From: Squalus acanthias
Lineage: Eukaryota
Direction: 5' to 3'
DNA: 64,000 nucleotides
Assembly: GCA_030390025.1 (NCBI GenBank)
Contig: CM059432.1
Span: 30,444,001 to 30,508,000 of the forward strand
The translations under genes were made by a program, and so were the position numbers. The notes beneath the pieces are model-generated. The model did no database searches. It saw only the letters and a list, made by a program, of their open reading frames with translations, and was not told the DNA's origin. Below, piece by piece: positions 38,832-50,596 of the stretch (positions are counted from its first letter, which is position 1; each line of letters begins with the position of its first letter).

Positions 38832-39396
38832 AGTATCTCAGATTAGCACATACGTATATAGTGGAAAAGCTAAGTCAGCATATAGTTACAAACATCCAGT
38901 AGGTTACAAGTCATCGTCTTTCTTCTTGCTTCGGCATGCCTTGTAGATAATCTAGAAATCTGCTGAATATAACTGAGGAAAAATTAGTTTGCAGAAAAAA
39001 ATCTGGAATATTTGTAACATTCTTAATGCTAACAAAGCTAAGGACTACAAAAGGGTTATCACTTCAGAGAGTGACTGTGAAAAGGAGCGAAGCTAGCTAA
39101 AGCACCGAAGCTGCACAAAAGAAGCAGCTTCACGTATATTTAAAGAGACAGAATATGAAAATCCTGGAATAGGTTGTGTCTAAAGTCGGAAAGAGACATT
39201 TTGTTTCTTCACCTTATTCTATTGAAGAAAACTTGTCCTTTTTCTCTCATTTCAATGTTGTCTTTCAATCTCTGATGTTTGCTACTTAACCCAGTTCTAT
39301 ACTGACTAAAAATCTCAGGCTTGAATTGGCCCTCCTGTTATGCCACTTTATTTACTCAGGGGATGTGGGTTGTGTACGGTAGCAAATGGTAGCATA

Positions 39397-39881
39397 GGGC
39401 TATGGTAGCATTGTGGTTATGCTACTGGACTAGATAATCCAGAGGCCTGGACGAATGATTTGGAGATATGAGTGCAAATCCCACCATGGCAGCTGGGGGA
39501 ATTTAAATTCAGTTAATTAAATAAATCTGGAAATAAAAAGCTAGTATCAGTAATGGTAACCATGAAACTACTGGATTGTTGTAAAAACCCATCTGGTTCA
39601 CTAATGTCCTTTAGGGAAGGAAATCTGCCATCTTTACCTGGTCTGGCCTATATGTGACTCCAGATCCACAATGTTGACTGTTAACTGGCCTCTGAAATGG
39701 CAAGCCATCTGGTTGTACCAAACCGCTATGACAAAGTCAGCACTGTGGGAATACCTTCAGCACACGGACTACAGCGGTTCAAGAAGGCGGCTCACCACCA
39801 CCTTCTCAAGGGCAATTAAGGATGGGCAATAAATGCTGGCCTTGCCAGGGATGCCCACATCCCTTGAGCGAATAAATAAAA
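39397..39881 (+). mobile_element. tRNA-derived SINE made of the LINE family B 5' head and 3' tail
   Basis: A box TAGCATTGTGG, anticodon-like stem CTGGA..TCCAG, B-box-like GAGTGCAAATCCC; body matches 35379-35135 and 33867-33819; tail from ~39738 matches 4420-4290. Confidence 0.92.
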
Positions 39882-40069
39882 CCCCCACAATGTTATCAGA
39901 TCAGACCTTCACCCAAGCCTGGTGGGGTGAAGGTCTAGGTAACAGCTTTGCGAGCTTTTAACTTATTATTCCCCTCCTGTACAATTTCCTTTAATTTATT
40001 GCAATGGTTTGAGCATTGTTCTGGACTCGATGGGCCGAATGGCCTCCTTCTGTGCCGTTATGACTCTAT

Positions 40070-40811
40070 GGGGGAGAAATTGAGTTGGGCGCTAACTTCG
40101 CCAGGGTGCTACTTTTAGCGCCCCGGAAACATTAGCGCCCCCACGGCTGAAATTGAGTGGTAGCGCCCCAAGAGGGAAGCGGGGCGCAACTGGAGGTGCC
40201 CCGCCTGCCTCTTGGGGCGCTATGAGGGAATATCGCGGTGCTACGTGCTGCGGCACATCGCGCTGCGGTATTGCAGGCCTTCCTCCCCTTCTTAAAGGGG
40301 AGGGGCCTTGCGCAGCGCGGCCCGTGGCCCAGCTGGGCCGCCGGGGATCGGGAGTGCCGGCAAAAGAGCCCGACACTCAAGAGAAGTGCCGGGCTCACGG
40401 AGAGCAGCCGGCACTCTGCGGGGTGGTGGGGGGGGGGGGGTTCAGGAGGAGGAGCGGGAGCGGAGGCAGGTGCTGGCAGGTGGCCAGCAACAAAAATGAC
40501 CGCCCGGCACCTCGCCTTTAAATAGCGCCGCCCCGGCCGCAGGTAGGCCCCCCTGACCCCATCGGACATAGCGTCCGGCGGTAAGTCAGGGGTGCTGCCG
40601 AAGATCGCGAGCGGGGTGCTGCGCATGGCGATGACGTCATTGCCGGTGGCGCAGCGCCGCGGGGTGCTAATGGTTACCGCCGCCGCTAACCTCCCGCTGA
40701 ATTTCGCGGGAGGCGTTGGCGGCGACGCGCCCTGGCGCTAGTTGCTTTGCACCCCGTTAGCACCCTCTTAGCGCGCTAACAGGAGGCGCAAAGCAACCAA
40801 ATTTTTCCCCC
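40070..40811. mobile_element. GC-rich Harbinger-type MITE (742 bp) inside a CR1 3' tail
   Basis: TIR GGGGGAGAAATT / AATTTTTCCCCC; perfect TAT TSD; right end similar to the 34208 family. Confidence 0.95.
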
Positions 40812-41607
40812 TATGACTCTATGCCTGACAAGTTATACATAACCATTGGACCATTACACCTTTATTTCTCCTTTATTTCGCACTTTTTATTTTCTTTGGT
40901 TAATTGCTAATTGGCTAATATCTTAATTACTGCCATAAGTCATATTAATAATCCCTGTATGATTAATTTCTTAATTAGGCATTTATATTCCTTAATTGCT
41001 AGCTTTCTATCTACTTTGTAAAATCATTTTCTCTGTTATGACTACTAAAGTCAATTTTTCACTTGAACTAGCCATATGCACACTATTTGAAAAAGAACTC
41101 AGCAAAATAAAACATAAATTGCAAGGCGAGTTGCATAGCTGATGAAAAGCCTTTAACTCAAGTCCCGTCATGTGCCGACAATGTTAGGATAGGAAGAGGC
41201 TGTTGTCCTTTTCTATGCACCAGGACCAAGAGTTCCAGATGCAGGAGTCAACCACTACTTGCAGATAACAGTGGCTTCAGGTCTTCATGCAGTAGGTGGC
41301 AGAGCTGCCCTTTTGCCTCTTTGGTGGTGCGCATATTTCTAACACACATCTCTTCACTAAGGCGCTCAAAAGACCTGTGTTGCCCATATGTTCAATGGGG
41401 ACGGGGGGGGTGGGGGGGGGGGAGAAATCCGGTGCGTCTATCATCCTTAAATGTCACCTTAGTCTCCTTTGCTCCATCCTATGCTGCTCCTCCTGCTCCA
41501 TGATAATGGCATAGAAGGATATCCCCATAGGGAATGTCATTCATGCTCCTGAGAATTCGTCACTGTGGGTGGCGGGGGCATTCAAATCTCCCAGTGCTCT
41601 TACACTG

Positions 41608-41950
41608 TCATAGGAACATAGGAACAGGAGTATGCCATTCAGCCCCTCGAGCCTGTTCTGCCATTCAATTAGATCATGGTTGATCTGTATCTTCCCTCAA
41701 TCTACCTGTCTTGGTTCCGTAATACCCTTGCCTAACAAAAATCTATCAATCTCAGTTTTGAAATTTTCAATTGACCTACCCTCAACCACTTTTTGGGCGA
41801 GAGTTCCAGAATTCCACTACCCTTTGTTTGAAGAGGTGCTTCCTGACATCACCCCTGAATGGCCTAGCTCTAATTTTAAGGTTATGCCCCCGTGTTTTGG
41901 ACTCCGCCACCAGAGGAAATAGTTTCTCTCTATCTACCCTGTTGACTCCT
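41608..41950 (-). mobile_element. CR1 3' fragment
   Basis: CATAGGAACATAGGAAC tail and GHNLKIRARPFR-type reverse ORF. Confidence 0.85.
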
Positions 41951-42219
41951 TTAAATGTCAGAAGCAGTGAGAAGCAAGACAGATTACCACAAAACTATCG
42001 CTGCAAAATGTCATTCTCAGCTGCAGAAATCACCATTGAAACTATCCATACTCTTCAGGATCACAAACTCCTCATTTCCGCCTGTCTCAGATGATCCTGG
42101 CAAAAGCTGTACCTTTTAATTCTCTGTCTACTTTCCCCCCGAGTGCCTTGCAAGTGTAAAAGCAGGAAACTTGGAGCTGAAGTGCCGCTGGGCCTCATTA
42201 TAATATATGTATTAGGGTG

Positions 42220-44251
42220 GGACCAACAAGCCCAGGGAACCCTGGATGTCAAGGGATATACGAGAATGGATTAGGAAAAGAAGGGAGGCTTTTGGCAGAT
42301 ACAAAGGACTAAAAACAGTGGAAGCCCTAGAGGAGTATAGAAAGTGCAGGGGGGTACTTAAAAAAGAAATTAGGAGAGCGAAGAGGGGGCATGAAATAAC
42401 ACTGGCGGGCAAAATAAAGGAAAATCCCAAGGTGTTTTATAAGTATATTAAGGGCAAGACGATAACCAGGGAAAGAGTAGGGCCCATTAGGGACCAAAGT
42501 GGCAATCTGTGTGTACAGCCAGAAGATGTAGGTGGGGTTTTAAATGAATATTTTGCATCTGTGTTCACTATGGAGAAGGACGATGTAGGCATAGAAATCA
42601 GGCAGGGGGATTGTGATATACTTGAACAAATTAGTATTGAGAGGGAGGAGGTACTAGCGGTTTTAGTAGGCTTAAAAGTGGATAAATCCCCAGGCCCAGA
42701 CGAGATGTATCCCAGGCTGTGAGGCAAGGGAGGAGATTGCAGGGGCTCTGACACAAATTTTCAGAACCTCTCTGGCCACAGGGGAGGTGCCAGAGGACCG
42801 GAGAACAGCTAACATAGTACCATTATTCAAGAAGGGTAGTAGGGATAAACCAGGAATTACAGGCCAATGAGCCTAACATCAGTGGTAGGGAAATTATTGG
42901 AAAAAATTCTGAGGGACAGAATTAGTCTCCACTTGGAGAGGCAAGGAATAATCAAGGATAGTCAGCATGGCTTTGTCAGGGGGAGATCATGTCTGACCAA
43001 TTTGATTGAATTTTTTGAGGGGGTGACTAGGTGTGTGGATGAGGGTAGTGCAGTTGATGTAGTCTACATGGACTTCAGTAAGGCTTTTGACAAAGTCCCG
43101 CATGGGAGACTGGTCAAGAAGGTAAGAGCCCATGGGATCCAGGGCAACTTGGCACATTGGATCCAAAATTGGCTTAGTGGCAGGAGGCAGAGGGTGATGG
43201 TCGAAGGTTGTTTTTGTAACTGGAAGCCTGTGTCCAGTGGTGTACCGCAGGGGTCGGTGCTGGGTCCTTTGCTGTTTGTAGTGTACATTAATGATTTAGA
43301 TATGAATGTAGGAGGTATGATCAGTAAGTTCGCAGATGACATGAAAATTGGTGGGGTGGTAAATAGCGAGGAGGGAAGCCTCAGGCTACAGGACGATATA
43401 GACAGGTTGGTCAGGTGGGCAGAACAGTGGCAAATGGAATTTAACCCTGAGAAGTGTGAGGTGATGCATTTTGGGAGGACTAACAAGGCAAGGGAATACA
43501 CAATGAATTGTAGGACCCTAGGAAGGACAGAGGATCAGAGGGACCTTGGTGTGCATGTACATAGATCCCTGAAGGCAGTAGGACAGGTAGATAAGGTGGT
43601 TAAAAAGGCATATGGGATACTTGCCTTCATTAGCCGAGGCATAGAATATAAGAGCAGGGAGGTTATGATGGAGCTGTACAAAACGCTAGTTAGGCCACAG
43701 CTGGAATACTGTGTGCAGTTCTGGTCGCCACACTATAGGAAGGATGTGATTGCATTGGAGAGGGTGCAGAGGAGATTCACCAGGATGTTACCTGGGCTGC
43801 AGCGCTTCAGCTATGAAGAGAGACTGGACAGGCTGGGGTTGTTTTCCTTAGAGCAGAGAAGGCTGAGGGGGGACCTGATTGAGGTGTACAAAATTATGAG
43901 GGGCATAGATAGGGTAGATAGAAAGGAACTTTTCCCCTTAGTAGAGGGGTCGATAACCAGGGGGCATAGTTTCAAGGTAAGGGGCAGGAGGTTTAGAGGG
44001 GATTTGAGGAAAAACTTTTTCACCCAGAGGGTGGTTGGAATCTGGAACTCACTGCCTGAAAGGGTGGTAGAGGCAGGAACCCTCAAAACATTCAAGAAGC
44101 ATTTAGATGAGCACTTAAAACGCCATAGCATACAAGGCTACGGACCAAGTGCTAGAAAATGGGATTAGAATAGACAGGGCTTGATGGCCGGCGTGGACAC
44201 GATGGGCCAAAGGGCCTCTTTCTGTGCTGTATAACTCTATTATGACTCTAT
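42220..44251 (+). mobile_element. young 5'-truncated CR1 LINE (tail continues at 45081-45095)
   Basis: Long RT ORF plus upstream frame; (CTATGACT)n tail. Confidence 0.95.
42867..44168 (+). CDS. CR1 reverse transcriptase domain (433-aa open frame; partial ORF2)
   Basis: [40 protein letters not shown]; no endonuclease domain present. Confidence 0.9.
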   Translation: MSLTSVVGKLLEKILRDRISLHLERQGIIKDSQHGFVRGRSCLTNLIEFFEGVTRCVDEGSAVDVVYMDFSKAFDKVPHGRLVKKVRAHGIQGNLAHWIQNWLSGRRQRVMVEGCFCNWKPVSSGVPQGSVLGPLLFVVYINDLDMNVGGMISKFADDMKIGGVVNSEEGSLRLQDDIDRLVRWAEQWQMEFNPEKCEVMHFGRTNKAREYTMNCRTLGRTEDQRDLGVHVHRSLKAVGQVDKVVKKAYGILAFISRGIEYKSREVMMELYKTLVRPQLEYCVQFWSPHYRKDVIALERVQRRFTRMLPGLQRFSYEERLDRLGLFSLEQRRLRGDLIEVYKIMRGIDRVDRKELFPLVEGSITRGHSFKVRGRRFRGDLRKNFFTQRVVGIWNSLPERVVEAGTLKTFKKHLDEHLKRHSIQGYGPSARKWD

Positions 44252-45080
44252 GGGCAGAATTTTCATTGACTCATGGAGGCGGGTTTGGAGGCCTGTGGGG
44301 GGTTAAAATTGCAGATTCAGGGGTCCCAAACCCATCCTGCCCCAACCCGCCTCCATGCCTGTTTTACAGGAGGTGGGTACCCGACCTGTGCTGGGACCCA
44401 CCTCCCCGAGGCGGGAAGAGGATTAGTGACAATAGTAGTTAACAGGCAGTTTTTTGCCTAATCCTTATTTTTAGCCCTGAAGTGTAGGCTTCCCACGACA
44501 GGTCCGAACCACGCTGTTTTAGCGAGGCGGACCGTGGGTATTCAGGGGTTTGAGGGGTCGATATGTCCGGTGGGCAGGTGAGTGATGGGTGCATGTGTGC
44601 AGAGGTAAGTATGTAAGGTAAGTGTAAAGTGTGGAAAAAAGTTTTACTTACCTTAACTTCCTCCTGCAGGTGTCAGCCCTTCAGGTCTCGGGAGTCAGAA
44701 ATCTCACCGGCACAGAAAGCAGAATGGCCGTTGAGCTGTCAAAAGCTGCAGCCTCTGCTTTTTGTTCTGCAGAGATCTCTAAATCAGCCTGAGAGGAAGG
44801 AATTAACTTAGACGACAGATTGTCAGTGTTTGACAGCTTCAAGGAGCTGTCAAACGCTGATATTGCATCTGTCAAAAGCTCTTGACAGATGAAATGTCAA
44901 TCTGTGACGTCACCTGTTGCCGGGTGGCCCTTAATTGGCCTGCTGAGCCCGCTGGGCGGGCTCAACCAGATCAATCAAGGGAAAATCGAGTGGGTTGGCC
45001 ACAAGTCGATGGAGGCGGGACTACAACCCAAAAAGTGGGAGTCCCGCCTCCATCACGTCCCCATTGACAAAATCCAGCCC
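44252..45080 (-). mobile_element. Harbinger-type MITE (829 bp) inside a CR1 3' tail
   Basis: TIR GGGCAGAATTTT / AAAATCCAGCCC; perfect TAT TSD; inverted relative of 46086-46905. Confidence 0.93.
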
Positions 45081-45090
45081 TATGCCTCTA

Positions 45091-45596
45091 TAACTCGGCT
45101 GCCTGTGTCCTAACCCGCACCAAGTCCCATTCGCCCATCACCCCTGTGCTCGCTGACCTACATTGGCTCCCGGTTAAGCAGCGCCTTGATTTCAAAATTC
45201 TCATCCTTGTTTTAAAATCCCTCCATAGTCTCGCCCCTTCCTAACTCTGTAATCTCCTTCAGCCCCACAACCCCCCGAGATAGCTGTGCTCCTCTAATTC
45301 TGCCCTCTTGAGTATCCCTGATTATAATCGCTCAACCTTTGGTGGTCGTGCCTTCTGTTGCCTAGGCCCTAAGCTCAGGAATTCCCGCTCGAAACCTCTC
45401 CGCCTCTCTACCTCTCTTTCCTCCTTTAAGACGCTCCTTAAAACCTACCTCTTTGACCAAGCTTTTGGTCACCTGCCCTAATTTATCCTTATGTGGATCG
45501 GTGTCAAATTTGTTGTCTTAAAATACTCCTGTGCAGCGCCTTGGGATGTTTACTACGTTAAAGGCGCTATATAAATACAAGTTGTTGTTGTTGTTA
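45091..45596 (+). mobile_element. L2 LINE 3' fragment
   Basis: NSAA.VLTRTK.HSPITPVLADLHWLPVKQRLDFKIL; end GGCGCTATATAAATACAA(GTT)n. Confidence 0.9.
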
Positions 45597-47420
45597 TATG
45601 TTCCCTTACTTTTACTTCTCTTATCTGCTCTGGCTCATTCCCCATAACTAGATCCAATAGCAAATCCTCCCTTGTTGAGCTTTTTAAATATTGGGTTCGA
45701 AAGGAGTCCTGTACACATTGTAGGAACTTCATTCCCTTATCCCCTTTACCTACCTCTTCTGTCCAATTAATATCAGGGTAGTTGAAATCCCCCATGATTA
45801 TTATTCTATGTTTTTTACTCATTTCCCTAATTTATCTGTATATTTCTTCCTCCACCTCCCTTCCACTATTAGGTGGTCTGTAGACTATGCCTATTAGTGT
45901 GATTGATCCTTTATTATCTTTTATCTCTACCATATGGATTCTATTTTTGTCTTGCTGATATCCACATCCCTTTTTTCTACTGCCATTATGTTATCCCTAA
46001 TAAGTACAGCTACTCCACCTCCCTTTTCCTCTCTCTATCTTTTCTAAATATGTTTAATTCCCAATCCTGATTTTTCTGTAACCATGGGGGAGATTTTGCC
46101 AATGGGGGCGCGTTGGAGGCGGGACTGCTGCTTGTCGGGTCGTTGTTCCGCCTCCATCGACTTCTGGCCAACCCACGCTATTTTCCCTTGATTGACCTTG
46201 TTAAGCCCGCCCAGCAGGCTTAGCAGGCCAATTAAGGGGAAGCCGGTTACAGAGAACATCAGCGTATGATTTTTCATCTGTCAAAAATTTTTGACAGATG
46301 AATTGTCATCGTTTGACAGCTCTGTGAAGCTGTCAAACACTGACATTCTATGTTGTTTGAAGAGTTCTTGCATTCAAGACTCATCAAACCTCTTTCTTTA
46401 GCAGAAATTAGATGGTTGTTGCATCAGAGAATGCAGCAGCCATCTGTCATCTCTGCCGGTGAGATGCGATACTTTCCACATCCCCAACTGTTGAAGCCTG
46501 CAGGAAGAAACAAAGGTAAGTAAACATTTTCTATCACTTTTCACTCACCTCACATACTTACCTCTCCACACTTGCACCCATCACTTACCTTCACAGCACA
46601 CTTCTGCACCCCTCCGACCCCCACAGACCCACTGCTCGCCTCGGTGACCCTGGCGGGTTTTCCCGACTTCGGGAAGCCCGCGCCTCTGTTGGAAAAATGG
46701 GGATGATCCTCTTAACTGCCTGTTCACTACCTGTTAACAGGCAGTTAAGTGACTGTAATCCCCTTCCCACCTCGAGGAGACGGGACCCTGGGAAGATGGC
46801 ATGGAGGCGGGTTGGGGGCGGGATGGGCACCTGCCCCCAGATTCTGCCATTTTCCCGGCGGTCCTGCCTCCGTACCCGCCTCCCCAGGGCTGGCAAGATC
46901 GTGCCTATAGTCTCAGTAATCCCTGCTATGTCTGGTTCCTCCCAACGCATGATCGCTTCCAGCTCCCCTGTTTTATTACGGACACTGTGCGCATTGCTGT
47001 ACAGACAGTTTAACTCATTTTTAATAGGATTTCCTCTCACTTTATGTTTAACCATCTTTTTAGACTCCTGTTCTATAATTCTATTTGTTCCCTTGCCGTC
47101 AATGTCCTCCATTACTTTATTCTTTCCTATGCTCACTTTTCCTGTTTTGTTTATATTTAGGCTGCTTATGTTTCTTGTAGATCCCTTCCCCCTTCTTACT
47201 AGTTTAAAGCCTTTGCTACCTCCCTATTTACCCTTTCCACTAGGACACAGGTCACATCCTGGTTCAGGTGGCGCCCGTCCCATTGGTACAGCTCCTTCCT
47301 GTCCCAGAAAACTGGTGCCAGTGTCCCATGAAAAGGAACCCCTCTTTCCCACACCAGCCCTTTAGCCACGTGTTAATTCTCCTGATCTGTCTGCTTCTAT
47401 GCCAATTTGCACATGGTCCA
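45597..47420 (-). mobile_element. CR1 fragment (ORF1 end and APE), interrupted by a MITE
   Basis: LNCLYSNAHSVRNKTGELE, DIAGITE, IIMGDFNYPDINW. Confidence 0.85.
46086..46905 (+). mobile_element. Harbinger-type MITE (820 bp)
   Basis: Ends GGGGGAGATTTTGCC / GGCAAGATCGTGCC; flanks CAT/TAT within the CR1 ETWL codons; same family as 57075-57862. Confidence 0.9.
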
Positions 47421-48299
47421 AGACAACTTGCATGTGCAATTTCGAAGCCTTTGGTTTATTTTCCTCCAGTCTACTCTCCTCCTTCCCTGCGGGCAGTGAC
47501 TCATTCTCGGATATGATCCACAGAGTCTGGTCACCCTTCAGCACCTCACAGAAGTGGCTATTCTTCTTGTACAAGGAGATGGGAGAAGGGAAAGAACCAA
47601 AGCAAAGACAGCTACATCTCAGCACATTCCCAGCTCTAATAGGGCCCTTTGTGAACATGAAACATGGATCTCATTGCAGACAACAGACTAAATTCTTTTT
47701 ATAGAGACTTCCCTACTTTCTAAAATACCTGTCCCTACGGCACTGTGATAACGTTATAAAATAAAATGATGGATTGAAATTTACTCCTTCGGCTGCCTCG
47801 GTTTCAAAATATTACAATATTCACACGTCCATTAATGTACTGTTAGGTCCTGCTTAACGACAGCGTAGCTGTGAATGTGGACGTGTTGTCGACTCCTTTG
47901 ATCCGTCCGTGCTGTAAGTACAATGAAAGGCAATGGCAGCAGCTGTTGCATGTTAGCATTCAGCAACTCACTGGAGCATGGCACCAGTACACGTGCCTTA
48001 GGCTGACGGTTGTTCTGCGTCTAATTGCTGGCCAATGTGTTTCAATCATTTGAGCGCAGAAATAGCAATGTTTTTGCTGCAGCAGCAATAGCACAGATTA
48101 AGTCAACAGTTTAGCACAGACATTATAATCCTTTTGAGGTTTAATTCATTAAATATGAAGGATGGATTCAAGGCTGGAATCTTGCTGCTGAGTGGCTTTT
48201 TCCAACTGGGAGAGAGGGAAAATATAGTGTAGCTGCATTCGCTGTTGCTTAAAGGAGGTATTGGAACAGGCAGAAGAAGAGCAAGAGCCCAGTGATAGG

Positions 48300-48570
48300 A
48301 GAATGGCAGAAGATAGACTAGCATCAGGGGTATCTGCTGTGGCCAAGGCCACAAGATCTTTGCAAGATTCCACGGAGGTGATGTTGGCAGACATAAGGAC
48401 AAGGAGGGCAAGAGTATTTGGAACCCAAGAAAGGAAGCCCCAGAAAAGGTTGGTGCAGGGATTATGGAGGGAGGTGGCACAGGCAGTCAGTAAGAACATC
48501 AACCACTGCATTCCTGGCAATACAGTGGCAGAAACATGTTAAGGACCTCACCAGGTTGGCCAAGGTAAGG
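48300..48570 (+). pseudogene. isolated Myb/SANT exon-1 relic (Harbinger type)
   Basis: EVMLADIRTRRARVFG..RKP...LWREVAQAVS, then QWQKHVKDLTRLAK|GTAAGG donor, as in the Harbinger 1 and 2 Myb exon 1. Confidence 0.7.
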
Positions 48571-49214
48571 AAAGGCACAAGTGTTCACACACATTTTGTA
48601 ATAATACTGAATGCATGCTCACCTCCACCCATCTATATCCACACAGTGAAAATGAAGAAATGACTAAGACAGTTAATCTGCACCAAAGACTTCACAAAAT
48701 CGCCCACGCAACAGCTAGTCCCACCATTCCACTGTTTCTTAGCCCACATTCTGAGAGGTGGTGGTGTTTGAGAGCGATGTCTATGCATGCATGTGCTTTC
48801 CACAAGAAGACAGTGTATTGTGATAAGAGGGGGAGGGGTGAATATTTACCACTTGCAATAACATTGTAAGCCTTTTCTTTAAAATAAATTTATTCCCTCA
48901 GCTGCATGAAACTCGGTTGATTACTCTTCCTCCCACCCGAGTCTAGGGGTGGTGAGATCAATTGTTGAACCCTTATACTGCTCTAGATGAGAACAGCTAA
49001 CCCAGCAGAGACTGGTACATTCCTTTCCCAAAATCTTGCTCCACGCTAGACAGTACACTTGCTGGGTCTTCAAGGCAGCCATGAGATCGGCCTGGATTTT
49101 CCTCTTGGTCGTTATGGTGGCAGAAGTGCGGCAGGCAGGCGTTCCATTTCACTGCAAGATGTGCCACTGACACTGGACGATTTTCTAAGGTCAGTGTCAT
49201 TGGCAGGAGAGTGG

Positions 49215-49703
49215 AGATTGGCTGCAGCAGAAGGTCAGTCTTGCCTCTGAGTCAGAAGGAATTGGGTTCAAGTTCCACTCCAGAGACGTGAGCACCTAAT
49301 GACACCTCAGTGCTGTACTGAGGGAGTGTTGCATTGTCGGAGGTGCCGTCTTTCAGATGAGAGGTTAAAGCGAAGCTACGTCTGTCTCTTGTGTGAACAG
49401 TAAAGGTCCCATAACACTATTCAAAGAAGAGCAGGGGAGTTCTCCATATTTATCCCTCAACCAACATCACGAAAACTGATTATCTGGTCATATCACATTG
49501 CTGTTTGTGGGACCTTGCTCTTCACAAATTGGATGCCGCATTTCCTACATTATAACAATGTCTAACTTCAAAATTTATCTGTAAAGCACTTTGGGATGTC
49601 CCGAGATTATGAAAGACGCTATATCAATAAAAGTTATTTCTTGGTGTAGTTTGGTTTGCCTTCTGAGCTGGACGTAACTGGTGCTATATAAATACAAGTC
49701 TTT
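49215..49703 (+). mobile_element. DeuSINE (SacSINE1-like)
   Basis: GGGTTCAAGTTCCACTCCAGAGAC head; GAAGAGCAGGGGAGTTCTCC core; GCTATATAAATACAAGTCTTT tail. Confidence 0.88.
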
Positions 49704-50596
49704 GGGGGAAAAATTAGGTCGCGCCCCATTTGGGGCGCAAATATCGTCTGGACGCAAATATTAGCGCCTGGCGCTAATTATCGGCACTGACTGGAAACTT
49801 CACTTTTACCGCCCCGGGAGGTGAGTGGAGCGCTAAATCAGGCGCTGCACACCTGTCTTAAGGCGCAAAGGCCAAGGAGTGAGGCGCTACCTCAGAGCGC
49901 TGGCGAAGCTCATGTAATGTCAGTCAGCAATGGAACACACACACAATGGCACGGGCCAGTTCTTAAAGGGGATGGTTAATCTTGCTTTCCATCCACATCC
50001 TGTTCATTGCAGCCTTGAATCTCGGCCTGGAGAGACTTGCACATCAAATGTGCTGGAAAGAACAATGGAGAGTACCAGGCAAAGAGCTCAGAGTGCAGCT
50101 CCCACAGTCTCTGCTAAATCGATACAAGGAATGGCAAATCAAAATGAACCTGCAAAGTGCTGCTCAGTACCCAAAACTCCTTCACACAACGTTGAATCTG
50201 TCCAGAAGTCTCTCCCTCTCTCTCTCAGAATGCGTAGTTCAAAAATGCCACCAACAATAAAAGACAGGAAGAGGCCCCCTTTAAATAGCGCCCCCCCCAG
50301 CCCCACAGCGATTGATAGCGTTCCAGTCTTCTGGTCGTTGGATGCACCAGGCGGTAAGGCAGGGGGCGCCACTCAATTTCCGCTCCGGGGCGCCACAAGG
50401 GCGTTGCACCATGGAATGACGTCACAATCTGCGCGCGCAGGTGGTCGCAGCGGTAAAGTTTAGCGCCGCCGCACAATCTCTAGTTAAGTTCCCGAGCGGC
50501 GCAAACATCGCTGCGCCCGGGCGTTAGCGGCTTTGCGCCCCATTAGCGCCCTCTTAAGACGCTAACGGGAGGCGCAACCAAGTGAATTTTTACCCC
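49704..50596. mobile_element. Harbinger-type MITE (893 bp), copy 2
   Basis: Near identical to 34208-35099; flanks TTT/TAT. Confidence 0.95.

Noticed and set aside
40092..40626. Overlapping ORFs / host CpG-island promoter
   Set aside because: Entirely within a TIR/TSD-bounded GC-rich MITE.
46591..47365. 181-aa and 222-aa ORFs
   Set aside because: They span a CR1/MITE junction, or are antisense to it.
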